Notes: generated by a model not told the origin, from the sequence alone. DNA of 20,000 nt from an uncultured Candidatus Sumerlaeota bacterium (GCA_964389675.1 CAYMEV010000003.1:45109-65108); one strand, 5' to 3'. Shown: positions 1-8,728, numbered from the stretch's first letter. Translations and numbers: made by a program.

Positions 1-1089
1 GCAATGCATAACAGGATTGGACTTGTCAAAAATAAAAGCATGAGAAGGCAGCTGATCAGTTTTTCCCAGGTGATCAGAGAGTATGCTTCTGATGAGACTT
101 TTGAGGTTGATGATACCTTATCCTCAATCCAGAATAAACTGCTGGATCTTTCAACCAGGAAAAAATCCAGTGACCTTGTCCACATTAAGCACAGAATAGA
201 AGATGTCTATAAAAAGATACATGCCCTGTCCAGAAATGAGATACAATCAACTGGAATATCCACCGGTTACAAGGATATTGACCATAAAACGCAGGGACTG
301 CACAGGCAGACCCTCAATATAATTGGAGCCAGGCCATCAATGGGAAAAACCGCTTTAGGCCTTAATATTGCCCACCACATAGCAGTCAGGGAGAAGCTTC
401 CTGTCGCGTTCTTCTCACTTGAGATGAGCATTGAGGAGATCATCCTGCGCCTGCTTTCAAGCGAAAGCGAGATTGAACTCTCATGGCTTAAGGGCGGGAT
501 ATTCCTGAAGGAAAAATGGAAGGAGATTGGCAAAGCAGTCCTGGAGCTTTCAAATGCTGATATATATATTGATGATTCGCCTGTCCTGACGCCTGTAGAT
601 GTCTATTCAAAACTCCACAAACTTATCAATCTGCCAAGTGCAAAGGGGCAGAGGAATGACATTAAGGTTGTTTTCATTGATTATCTCCAGCTAATGTCAG
701 GCGACAGGGGGAAAAGATTCGAGTCAAAAAATATTGAGATTACTGAGATAAGCCGTACCTTAAAGGCCATATCAAAAGAATTTGATGTCGCTGTTGTTGC
801 ATTAAGCCAGCTTTCAAGAGCATCAGAAAAGAGGAAAGGCAAAGATATCAAGCCGAAATTGAGTGATCTCAGGGAATCAGGTGCAATAGAACAGGATGCT
901 GACCTTGTAATGTTCATACACAGGCCTCAGTATTATGACAGGGACAATGAATCGCTTACAGGGCTTGCGGAGATCATAATAGCCAAACAGAGAAACGGGC
1001 CTTTGGGGATGGTCCCACTCACATTTATAGATAAATTTACAAAGTTTTACAATAAGGCTCCAGAAGGATATTCCGAGGTAGAAGAATGA
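1..1089 (+). CDS. dnaB: Replicative DNA helicase DnaB, 5'-truncated by the window edge
   Basis: Walker A GARPSMGKT, FFSLEMS, Walker B region VFIDYLQLM, VALSQLSR, SDLRESGAIEQDAD, IIAKQRNGP. The frame is open from base 1 and the N-terminal domain is missing, so the ATG at 4 is probably internal. Confidence 0.97.
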   Translation, partial: AMHNRIGLVKNKSMRRQLISFSQVIREYASDETFEVDDTLSSIQNKLLDLSTRKKSSDLVHIKHRIEDVYKKIHALSRNEIQSTGISTGYKDIDHKTQGLHRQTLNIIGARPSMGKTALGLNIAHHIAVREKLPVAFFSLEMSIEEIILRLLSSESEIELSWLKGGIFLKEKWKEIGKAVLELSNADIYIDDSPVLTPVDVYSKLHKLINLPSAKGQRNDIKVVFIDYLQLMSGDRGKRFESKNIEITEISRTLKAISKEFDVAVVALSQLSRASEKRKGKDIKPKLSDLRESGAIEQDADLVMFIHRPQYYDRDNESLTGLAEIIIAKQRNGPLGMVPLTFIDKFTKFYNKAPEGYSEVEE

Positions 1090-1859
1090 TCAATGCCATA
1101 TTTTCAGTGATAGGAAAAAAAACAATCCATTTTTCCGAAGAGATAGGGATATATATCTCACTGATCAAAAAGACTGTGCTTTCTCTGCGGAAGATACCGG
1201 GTGAACTGCATAATATATTTCTGCAGATGGAGGAAATTGGCTTTAATTCACTCCCTGTTGTTGCAATCACCGGCATTTTTACCGGTATGGTCCTGGCTCT
1301 GCAGACCTATTACGGTTTTGCCAGGTTCAATGCTGAATCATTTGTCGGTCCGGTTGTTGCACTATCAATGTGCAGGGAGCTTGGTCCGGTACTTACTGCC
1401 TTTGTGGTATCCGGGAGAGCCGGCAGTGCTATGGCGGCTGAACTTGGGACCATGAGGGTTACTGAGCAGATTGATGCATTATATACTCTGTCCACGGATC
1501 CCGTGGATTTTCTGATACTCCCCAGGTTTTTGTCAGGGGTGTTCATGCTGCCGTGTCTTACCGTCATTTCCGATTTGATAGGCATACTAGGAGGTTATTA
1601 TGTTGCTGTCAACCTTTTTGGGGAAAACAGCGTAATGTATATGGAGGCTACCTTCAAATACCTTCTTATGGGCGATGTTATAAAGGGACTGGTAAAAGCG
1701 CTTGTATTCGGAGGAATCATTGCAATTGTCAGCTGCAAGGAGGGGTTCTTTGCAAGCGGGGGGGCCGAGGGCGTAGGCAAAGCCACTACAAAGAGCGTTG
1801 TTATAAGTTATATGGCTATATTGATTGCAGACTATTTCCTGACAAGCCTTATGTTTTAA
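1086..1859 (+). CDS. mlaE: MlaE/Ttg2B-family ABC transporter permease
   Basis: RELGPVLTAFVVSGRAGSAMAAELGTMRVTEQIDAL and GGAEGVGKATTKSVV signatures; several TM helices; ATGA overlap with the dnaB stop. Confidence 0.95.
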   Translation: MINAIFSVIGKKTIHFSEEIGIYISLIKKTVLSLRKIPGELHNIFLQMEEIGFNSLPVVAITGIFTGMVLALQTYYGFARFNAESFVGPVVALSMCRELGPVLTAFVVSGRAGSAMAAELGTMRVTEQIDALYTLSTDPVDFLILPRFLSGVFMLPCLTVISDLIGILGGYYVAVNLFGENSVMYMEATFKYLLMGDVIKGLVKALVFGGIIAIVSCKEGFFASGGAEGVGKATTKSVVISYMAILIADYFLTSLMF

Positions 1860-1869
1860 GTGTGCAGAA

Positions 1870-2631
1870 ATGAACAATAATACTATTATAAAGGTTGAAA
1901 ATTTATACAAGTCATTTGGAAAGAATGATGTACTGTGCGGACTGGATCTCGAGATAAAAAGGGGGGAAAGTACTGTAATCCTGGGTGGTTCAGGGACAGG
2001 AAAGAGCGTTCTGATCAAGAATATTATCGGGTTGATCAAGCCGGATGGGGGAAAGATCTTCCTGTTCGGTGAGGACAGTGAACATTTCAGTAATTCTGAC
2101 TGGAAAAGGATGCGAAAGCATTTTGGGATGCTGTTTCAGGGTGCAGCCCTTTTTGATTCCATGAATGTTGAAGAAAATGTCGGGTTTGGGCTGAAAAGAC
2201 AGGGCAGGTTATCGCAATCGAAGATAAGGGAAAGGGTTCTGGAGTGCCTTAAGCTTGTAGGGCTTAAAGAGGAGATCGTAAAAATGTCGCCCTCTGAGCT
2301 TTCCGGGGGCATGAAAAAGAGGGTAGGCCTTGCACGGGCAATAGCATTCAGCCCTGATATCCTTTTATATGATGAACCGACCACAGGTTTGGACCCGATA
2401 ATGAGCGACATGATCAACAAGCTTATTGTTGACCTTACAAATAAACTGCATGTTACATCCATAGCAATAACACATGATCTTAAAAGCGCATATACAATCG
2501 GAAACAGGATCGCAATGCTTTATAAAGGGAAGATCGTGGAAATAGGGACACCGGATGAGATCAAAAATACCGGGAATCCTATAGTATATCAATTTATTAA
2601 CGGCCTGTCCGAGGGGCCGTACGAGGTTTAA
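1870..2631 (+). CDS. mlaF: MlaF/Mkl-family ABC transporter ATPase
   Basis: Walker A GGSGTGKS, FQGAALFDSMNV, signature LSGGMKKRVGLARA, Walker B LLYDEPTTGLDP, H-loop ITHDL; lies between mlaE and an MCE gene. Confidence 0.95.
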   Translation: MNNNTIIKVENLYKSFGKNDVLCGLDLEIKRGESTVILGGSGTGKSVLIKNIIGLIKPDGGKIFLFGEDSEHFSNSDWKRMRKHFGMLFQGAALFDSMNVEENVGFGLKRQGRLSQSKIRERVLECLKLVGLKEEIVKMSPSELSGGMKKRVGLARAIAFSPDILLYDEPTTGLDPIMSDMINKLIVDLTNKLHVTSIAITHDLKSAYTIGNRIAMLYKGKIVEIGTPDEIKNTGNPIVYQFINGLSEGPYEV

Positions 2632-2653
2632 TGAATATTCAGGAGGGCTTACA

Positions 2654-4183
2654 GTGTCAAAATTTACACCCGAAGCTAAAGTTGGTATCTTAACCATAAT
2701 TACAGTCTTAGCAGGCTTATATTTTTTATCAAATCTTAAGCTGCTTAAAAAGGATAAGGGGGCATATTACCAGGTGAGCGTCTATTTTAACAATGTTACA
2801 GGCCTCCTGGAAAATGCCGATGTAAGGCTGAACGGTATAAAGATAGGAAGGGTCGCGGATATAAGACTATATGAAGGCAAGGCTGCTGTTACTCTGGATA
2901 TTATCAGCGAAGCCGAGATCAGGAGAAATGATATATTATCACTTTCCACAATGGGTGTAATGGGAGAGAAGTATGTCGATATCATGCCCGGAGACAGGAC
3001 AGCCCCCCTTGTGCTTGACAGTTCAACGCCTATGGAGGGGCAGAGTGGCGTAGGGCTGGAAGAATTGGGAGTATCATTTAATGTGCTGGTCAAATCACTT
3101 CAGGGTATTACAGATAACCTGAAGGATGTTACCGCTTCATTCAGTGATGTACTGGGAAATTCAGAAGGAAAACAGATGCTCAGCGATATCCTTGCAAATA
3201 CGAGAAATATAACCAATAACCTGTCCAGCCTTACCGGCGGTGATGGAAGTGAACTCCCTGAGATAGTCAGGAATATAAATGAGATAACCGGGTCCTTAAG
3301 CAGGAGCCTGCCTTCATTGCTTCATAATCTTGAGAATGCCACAGGCATTACCTCTGACATCATGGACCAGGATAAACAAAGCATACAGGAGATCATCTCC
3401 AACCTGGAAAAGATATCTGAGAACCTGGCTGTTGTAAGTCAGAACATTGCCGGTTCTACAAAAAACATAGAGACTATAACTGATACAGTCAGCAAAGGTG
3501 AAGGTTCAGTAGGGAAGCTCCTGATGGAAGATGAGACTATCAATAATGTCAATCAGGCCCTTGTTTCACTTCAGGATATATCAAATGAGCTGCAGACATA
3601 CCTTTCAAAAGCATCCTCCATAGAGACATATGTAGGTTATGATGCTGAATACAACCAGAAGGTTGAAAAGTTCAAGAGCTATGTGAATATTAAAGTAGTG
3701 CCTTCTGATGATGTGTTCTACCTTATCCAGCTTGTAAATGACCCTTATGGCCTGGAGACATATACTACCAAGGTTCTAAGCATAGAAAGCCCGAACGGCA
3801 ATACCGAGTACACGCATAATGAGAAAAAGATAGAGGATGTACTGCGGTTTTCCCTGCTGTATGGCAGGAGGATAACGGATTTTTTATTTCTCAAGGCCGG
3901 GCTTATTGAATCCTATGGAGGCGTAGGCGCTGATATCTATCTGGTAAAGGATAAGCTTAGCATTGGGGTTGATGCATGGGATTTCTCAAACAGGGATTTT
4001 GATCCGCATTATAAGATTATGCTTGATTACAGGCCAAATGATACTATGTTTTTTAGAGTGGGTTATGATGATATTATAAATAGTGAAAGAAGGAGCATTG
4101 TTTTCGGGGCAGGGCTGAGCTTCTCCGATGAGAATCTTAAATACCTGCTTAATCTCATGTCCCTGGGGTCATTAGCTAATTAG
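2654..4183 (+). CDS. mlaD: Elongated MlaD/MCE-family protein (N-terminal TM, MCE domain, long helical region, C-terminal beta-strand-rich domain)
   Basis: GTG start with AGGAGG at 2641-2646; EAKVG + TM helix; MCE motifs FNNVTGLLENADVRLNGIKIGRV and GVMGEKYVDIMPG; GEGSVGKLL motif late in the helical region. Confidence 0.92.
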   Translation: MSKFTPEAKVGILTIITVLAGLYFLSNLKLLKKDKGAYYQVSVYFNNVTGLLENADVRLNGIKIGRVADIRLYEGKAAVTLDIISEAEIRRNDILSLSTMGVMGEKYVDIMPGDRTAPLVLDSSTPMEGQSGVGLEELGVSFNVLVKSLQGITDNLKDVTASFSDVLGNSEGKQMLSDILANTRNITNNLSSLTGGDGSELPEIVRNINEITGSLSRSLPSLLHNLENATGITSDIMDQDKQSIQEIISNLEKISENLAVVSQNIAGSTKNIETITDTVSKGEGSVGKLLMEDETINNVNQALVSLQDISNELQTYLSKASSIETYVGYDAEYNQKVEKFKSYVNIKVVPSDDVFYLIQLVNDPYGLETYTTKVLSIESPNGNTEYTHNEKKIEDVLRFSLLYGRRITDFLFLKAGLIESYGGVGADIYLVKDKLSIGVDAWDFSNRDFDPHYKIMLDYRPNDTMFFRVGYDDIINSERRSIVFGAGLSFSDENLKYLLNLMSLGSLAN

Positions 4184-4196
4184 AGGAGGGGATGAT

Positions 4197-4637
4197 ATGA
4201 ACAGAGACAGTATTTCTATTATTGATCTTAAGCAGATGAAAAATGAGATAAACAGTATTTTAGACAGCCTGATCAGGAACAAGGAACAGCTTGTTACGTC
4301 GGATGCCCTTTTTTCGCCCAATCTGGATATAATAGAATCAGATGAGAATCTCGTTATACATATTGAGCTTCCGGGGCTAAAGAAGGAGGATATTGATGTA
4401 CACTACTATAGAGGCTATATTGAAATAAAAGGGAGAAAGACCCGTGACAGGCGTATCCCATGTGATATGAAATTCTTAAGGATTGAAAGGACATTCGGGG
4501 ACTTTTTGGAGATTGTGGAGGTATTGAAAGCCATAAATGCCAAAGCAGCTAAAGCAACCCTCTATAATGGTGTCCTTACAATTACATTGCCCAAAATAAC
4601 GGAAAAACGAGGCAAGATCAGGATAAACATTGAATAA
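4197..4637 (+). CDS. Hsp20/alpha-crystallin family small heat-shock protein
   Basis: PNLDIIESDENLVIHIELPGLKKEDI, IERTFGDF, ATLYNGVLTITLPK; RBS AGGAGG at 4184-4189. Confidence 0.93.
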   Translation: MNRDSISIIDLKQMKNEINSILDSLIRNKEQLVTSDALFSPNLDIIESDENLVIHIELPGLKKEDIDVHYYRGYIEIKGRKTRDRRIPCDMKFLRIERTFGDFLEIVEVLKAINAKAAKATLYNGVLTITLPKITEKRGKIRINIE

Positions 4638-4657
4638 TTTAAGAACAGGAGGTAGAG

Positions 4658-7021
4658 ATGGCAGAAGATAAAAAGCTTCAGGAAGATGCAGAAGAAAAAA
4701 TTGATATAACAAAAGAAGTCCCAATGGTACCCCTTAGAGGCATAACGCTGTTTCCCAATATGCAGCTTCCCCTTTATATAGGCAGGGACAGCTCCATAAA
4801 GGCTGTTGATGATGCGCTTGCCAGCAACAGGATCATAATGCTTGTTTCTCAGAAGGAGGAAAAGACTGAAGATCCGGGGCAGGATGATATATATGAATTC
4901 GGATGCATATCCAAGATAATGAGAATGCTGAAACTTAGTGACGGCAGGATAAGGCTTCTTGTTCAGGGTGAAGCAAGGGCAAAGATAACTGAGTATGTGC
5001 AGGAAAAACCATATTTTAAGGTTAAGATAGAGAAATTTGAGGAAGAATCCAGGGATCTTAAAGATTATGAGATTGTTACGCAGGCCATGTTCAAGGATGT
5101 GAAAGAGAAGTTCGAAAAGATTGCAGAAATGAACAGGTTTATCCTGCCTGATATGATACTTGCAATGAAAAAGATAGACTCAATAGGATATTACTGCGAC
5201 ATAGTTTCTTCTCAGCTGAACCTTAAACTTGATGATCAGCAGAAACTCCTTGAAACAATAGATGAAATTAAAAGGCTTAAGCTCATCCATGAATTTCTCA
5301 ATAAGGAGATAGAGCTTCTCTCAGTTCAGCAGAAGATACAGGACAGAGCCAAGGGAGAGATCGATAAGCTTCAGAAGGAGTATTATCTTAAGCAGCAGAT
5401 GAAGGCCATAAGAGATGAACTTGGGGAATCAGACAGTAAAAGCTCAGAGATCGCTGAACTTAAAGAGAAGATTAAGAAGCTCGATGCCCCGGCTAATGTA
5501 AAAGAAGAGGCAGAGAATCAGCTCAAAAGGCTGGAAAACATGTATCCTGAATCTGCTGAGGCCGCAACCATAAGGACATATCTCGACTGGCTTATATTGC
5601 TGCCGTGGAGGAAAAGCTCCAGGGAAAAGATCGAGATATCGGCAGCTGAGTCAGTTCTGAATGCTGACCACTATGATCTGAAGGACGTCAAGGAGAGAAT
5701 ACTCGAATTTTTAAGCGTGACAAAACTGAAAAAAAAGCTCAAAGGGCCTATTTTATGCCTTGTCGGCCCTCCGGGCGTCGGGAAAACATCATTAGGGAAA
5801 TCAATTGCAAGAGCCCTGGGGAGAAAATTCGTCAGGGTATCCCTTGGGGGCATAAGAGATGAAGCCGAGATAAGAGGGCACAGAAGGACTTATGTAGGTG
5901 CCCTGCCTGGCAGGATAATACAGGAGATCAGAAGAGCGGGAACCAATAATCCGGTATTTATGCTGGACGAGATCGACAAGGTTGGTTCAGATTTCAGGGG
6001 GGACCCGTCATCCGCTCTGCTTGAAGCTCTGGATCCTGAACAGAATGACCAGTTCTCAGACCATTATGTCGGGCTTCCTTTTGACCTTTCAAAGGTCATG
6101 TTTATTACTACCGCAAATATTCTGGATACAATTCCAAGGCCATTACTTGACAGAATGGAGGTGATAAGGATTGCTGGCTATACAGTAAATGATAAGTACC
6201 AGATAGCAAAGCAGTATCTTATCCCCAGGGCCATAGAGAATACAGGGCTTAAAAACAAGGATATAAGAATATCAGATAAAGCATTGAGAAAGGTTATACT
6301 TGAATATACAGCAGAAGCAGGGGTCAGAAATCTGGAAAGGGAATTGACAAAGATCTGCAGAAAGATTGCACGGAATATTGCTGAAGGAAGGATCAAACTC
6401 TATAATATATCAGAGAAGAGCCTCGGAAAGTATTTAGGCCCCCCTGTATATTTAAGGGAGAAGAAGCTTCAGAAGGATGAAATCGGAACAGCAACAGGGC
6501 TTGCCTGGACTGCTCTCGGCGGTGAAGTACTGTTCGTTGAATGCCTTATGATGCCGGGGAAGGGCAAGATAGAAATTACTGGAAATATCGGGAATGTAAT
6601 GCAGGAGTCGGCTAAAGCCGCCTTGAGTTTTGCAAAATCCAACCATAAAAACCTTGATATAAGCGCTAAAACATTTGCGGATATAGACCTTCATATCCAT
6701 GTACCTGAGGGAGCAACCCCCAAAGACGGACCTTCAGCCGGTATCACAATAGCTACGGCAATAATATCCTGTCTTAAGGGTGTTGCAGTGAATAAGGATA
6801 TTGCAATGACAGGTGAGATCACTCTCAGCGGTAAGGTCCTTCCCATAGGCGGCCTTAAGGAAAAGGTGCTTGCTGCCAAGCTTTCAGGGATAAGAAGGGT
6901 CATAATCCCCAGCAGGAACGAAAAGGATGTTCCTGAAATACCTGCAGAGATCAGAAAGAATATGACATTCCACTCAGTAAATCATATAAACGAGGTATTA
7001 AAACTGGCTTTGCAGGAATGA
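4658..7021 (+). CDS. lon: ATP-dependent Lon protease (LonA)
   Basis: N-terminal Lon domain (VPLRGITLFP), DHYDLKDVKERILE, Walker A GPPGVGKTS, RGHRRTYVGALPG, Walker B FMLDEIDK, catalytic PKDGPSAG and IGGLKEK; RBS AGGAGG at 4647-4652. Confidence 0.98.
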   Translation: MAEDKKLQEDAEEKIDITKEVPMVPLRGITLFPNMQLPLYIGRDSSIKAVDDALASNRIIMLVSQKEEKTEDPGQDDIYEFGCISKIMRMLKLSDGRIRLLVQGEARAKITEYVQEKPYFKVKIEKFEEESRDLKDYEIVTQAMFKDVKEKFEKIAEMNRFILPDMILAMKKIDSIGYYCDIVSSQLNLKLDDQQKLLETIDEIKRLKLIHEFLNKEIELLSVQQKIQDRAKGEIDKLQKEYYLKQQMKAIRDELGESDSKSSEIAELKEKIKKLDAPANVKEEAENQLKRLENMYPESAEAATIRTYLDWLILLPWRKSSREKIEISAAESVLNADHYDLKDVKERILEFLSVTKLKKKLKGPILCLVGPPGVGKTSLGKSIARALGRKFVRVSLGGIRDEAEIRGHRRTYVGALPGRIIQEIRRAGTNNPVFMLDEIDKVGSDFRGDPSSALLEALDPEQNDQFSDHYVGLPFDLSKVMFITTANILDTIPRPLLDRMEVIRIAGYTVNDKYQIAKQYLIPRAIENTGLKNKDIRISDKALRKVILEYTAEAGVRNLERELTKICRKIARNIAEGRIKLYNISEKSLGKYLGPPVYLREKKLQKDEIGTATGLAWTALGGEVLFVECLMMPGKGKIEITGNIGNVMQESAKAALSFAKSNHKNLDISAKTFADIDLHIHVPEGATPKDGPSAGITIATAIISCLKGVAVNKDIAMTGEITLSGKVLPIGGLKEKVLAAKLSGIRRVIIPSRNEKDVPEIPAEIRKNMTFHSVNHINEVLKLALQE

Positions 7022-7023
7022 CA

Positions 7024-7047
7024 CCCAGTAAAAAGAGGCTTTTCGGG
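7024..7047. terminator. Possible weak stem-loop between the convergent lon and permease genes
   Basis: CCC-AGTA-AAAAG-AGG-CTTTT-C-GGG imperfect hairpin in the short gap between two stop codons; weak stem with no adjacent U-tract. Confidence 0.25.
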
Positions 7048-7065
7048 CAGGGCATATTTTATATA

Positions 7066-8286
7066 TTATTTTGAATAATCAACCTGATAGTATTCACATT
7101 TAGGGTCTATCCTCAATAAGCCTGTCTCATGCCCAATTTCGAAGACCAGAAATGCAGAAAAGATGATCAATACAAGAATCCCTATAAATAAACGCTTCCT
7201 GGTCCCTGCCTTCTTTAAGAATATGATAGAGGGCAGTATTCCGAAAAGTATCACATTTCCGATGCCTCCTACAATATTCATGGCTATAAGGAATATATCA
7301 GGGTATATGAATGCAATCAGTAACGGAGGCAGGAATGTAAGGACAATATTAAGGCTTTTATTGCTTGAACTTAATGTGTTCTCCATGATGTCCCGGAGAA
7401 AATCCTTAAGGCTGATGGCAACTCCTATAAATGATGTTGTTATCGCCAAAAGAGCAAAGAATACAGATGCTGCAGAAAAAAAGCCTGAATTGATAATTTC
7501 ATCAAGCGGTATGGTTGCTGGCAGTCCGTGCCTGTAGGCATAATCAAGGCTATCCCCTTTTGTAAGCGGTATTATGCCGATCCCTGCCCCGATCCAGAGT
7601 GTATTCAGAATAAAAGCAATAAATACCGAAATAATTGAAGCTGTAATCATCTTCCTCCTGTCCCATTTAAACGATGAGCACATTGACGGGATTATGGTAT
7701 GAAAACAGAAGGCACTGACAACTATAGGAAAGACAGAAGGCAGGAATAAAAAGTCATTATTGCTGGTCAGCCTGCTGAAATCCATATGTTTGACCAGCAT
7801 TGCAATAATTACAATAAATATGGCAAGCATCAGCAGTACAAAAACAGAATTATACCTTGAGATCATTTTTGTTCCGCTTATGCTAAGAGATGCAAGAAAT
7901 AGAAAGACAGCCACCAGAGCAATCTTCTGATATGCAGGGGAGAGGCCGAGCATGTTCGATATTATTGAACAGCTTCCTGAGATGTAGGCAATAAGCAATC
8001 CATAGAGCATTATGAGGTTGGCTGTTATGGCTATCCATTTTCCATTTTTTCCTATATAGACCTCATAAAGGCTTGGATAATTGAATCCAGCCTGCCTGGT
8101 GGCAACTACCTCATCTATTATTACTACGGCTGAAAACAGCATTGCCAGCATTGCAATGATCTGAGCCAGCGAAGCAGGGATAAAACCTGCCAACCCTGCG
8201 CTTGTCGGCAGTCCAAGGATTCCTGCCCCAAGCATTGTTCCGAGGATCAGAAATGAGACCATCAAAATACTAAATAGATTTTTCAT
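7066..8286 (-). CDS. Aromatic amino acid permease, TyrP/Mtr/TnaB (HAAAP) family
   Basis: LILGTMLGAGILGLP N-terminal motif, AFCFHTIIPS, FALLAITTSFIGVAISLKDF, about 11 hydrophobic segments. Start placed at 8286 (MKNLFS) because GGAG (8296-8293) sits 6 nt upstream; the ORF track start is 8298. Confidence 0.88.
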   Translation of the reverse strand: MKNLFSILMVSFLILGTMLGAGILGLPTSAGLAGFIPASLAQIIAMLAMLFSAVVIIDEVVATRQAGFNYPSLYEVYIGKNGKWIAITANLIMLYGLLIAYISGSCSIISNMLGLSPAYQKIALVAVFLFLASLSISGTKMISRYNSVFVLLMLAIFIVIIAMLVKHMDFSRLTSNNDFLFLPSVFPIVVSAFCFHTIIPSMCSSFKWDRRKMITASIISVFIAFILNTLWIGAGIGIIPLTKGDSLDYAYRHGLPATIPLDEIINSGFFSAASVFFALLAITTSFIGVAISLKDFLRDIMENTLSSSNKSLNIVLTFLPPLLIAFIYPDIFLIAMNIVGGIGNVILFGILPSIIFLKKAGTRKRLFIGILVLIIFSAFLVFEIGHETGLLRIDPKCEYYQVDYSK

Positions 8287-8336
8287 AATATGCTCCATAT
8301 TAAAAATATACTATTACTATTATTATGAATATAAAA

Positions 8337-8364
8337 AATATAAGACTTAAATTACTGCTGTCAA
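8337..8364 (-). promoter_or_regulatory. Putative sigma70-type promoter for the amino acid permease
   Basis: The minus strand reads TTGACA (8364-8359), 16 nt, TATATT (8342-8337), about 50 nt upstream of the start codon. Confidence 0.6.
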
Positions 8365-8701
8365 TTATATGATAATGCATCCATGGATTCAAAATATAAA
8401 AAAAAATAAAGAACCTTGTGAGCTGTAGCAAAACCCTGATTGCCTGATAAGGTCCAGTATAGCGGACATCATTATAAAACCTTATGTATTATGGGGTAAA
8501 ATATTCTTTGTATTGAAATACAGGCAGGATGTGACATCCGTGTCATTATTTGAATCTGCAGAAAGGCCGCCTGAACATGGTCAGCCAGGTAATTCATGGA
8601 TGGATCAGGGCCTGGTCATTTAATAAAAATGAAGAATTTGCAGTAGATCATATTCTTTTTAGTTGAAAATTATTGCATTATTATTAATATTATATGACAG
8701 T

Positions 8702-8728
8702 ATATTTTATCACATTTGGATAAAATAT
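8702..8728. repeat. Perfect 10-bp inverted repeat just upstream of the guaB RBS
   Basis: ATATTTTATC (8702-8711), 7-nt spacer ACATTTG, GATAAAATAT (8719-8728). Confidence 0.55.

Noticed and set aside
610..665. Short insertion in DnaB (LINLPSAKGQRND) before Walker B, considered as an intein remnant
   Set aside because: Only a few residues in a variable loop, with no intein splice-junction motifs.
8472..8597. 41-aa - strand ORF (MNYLADHVQAAFLQ...) upstream of the permease, considered as a leader peptide
   Set aside because: No RBS, no Trp/Tyr/Phe run, and it lies upstream of the permease's own predicted promoter.
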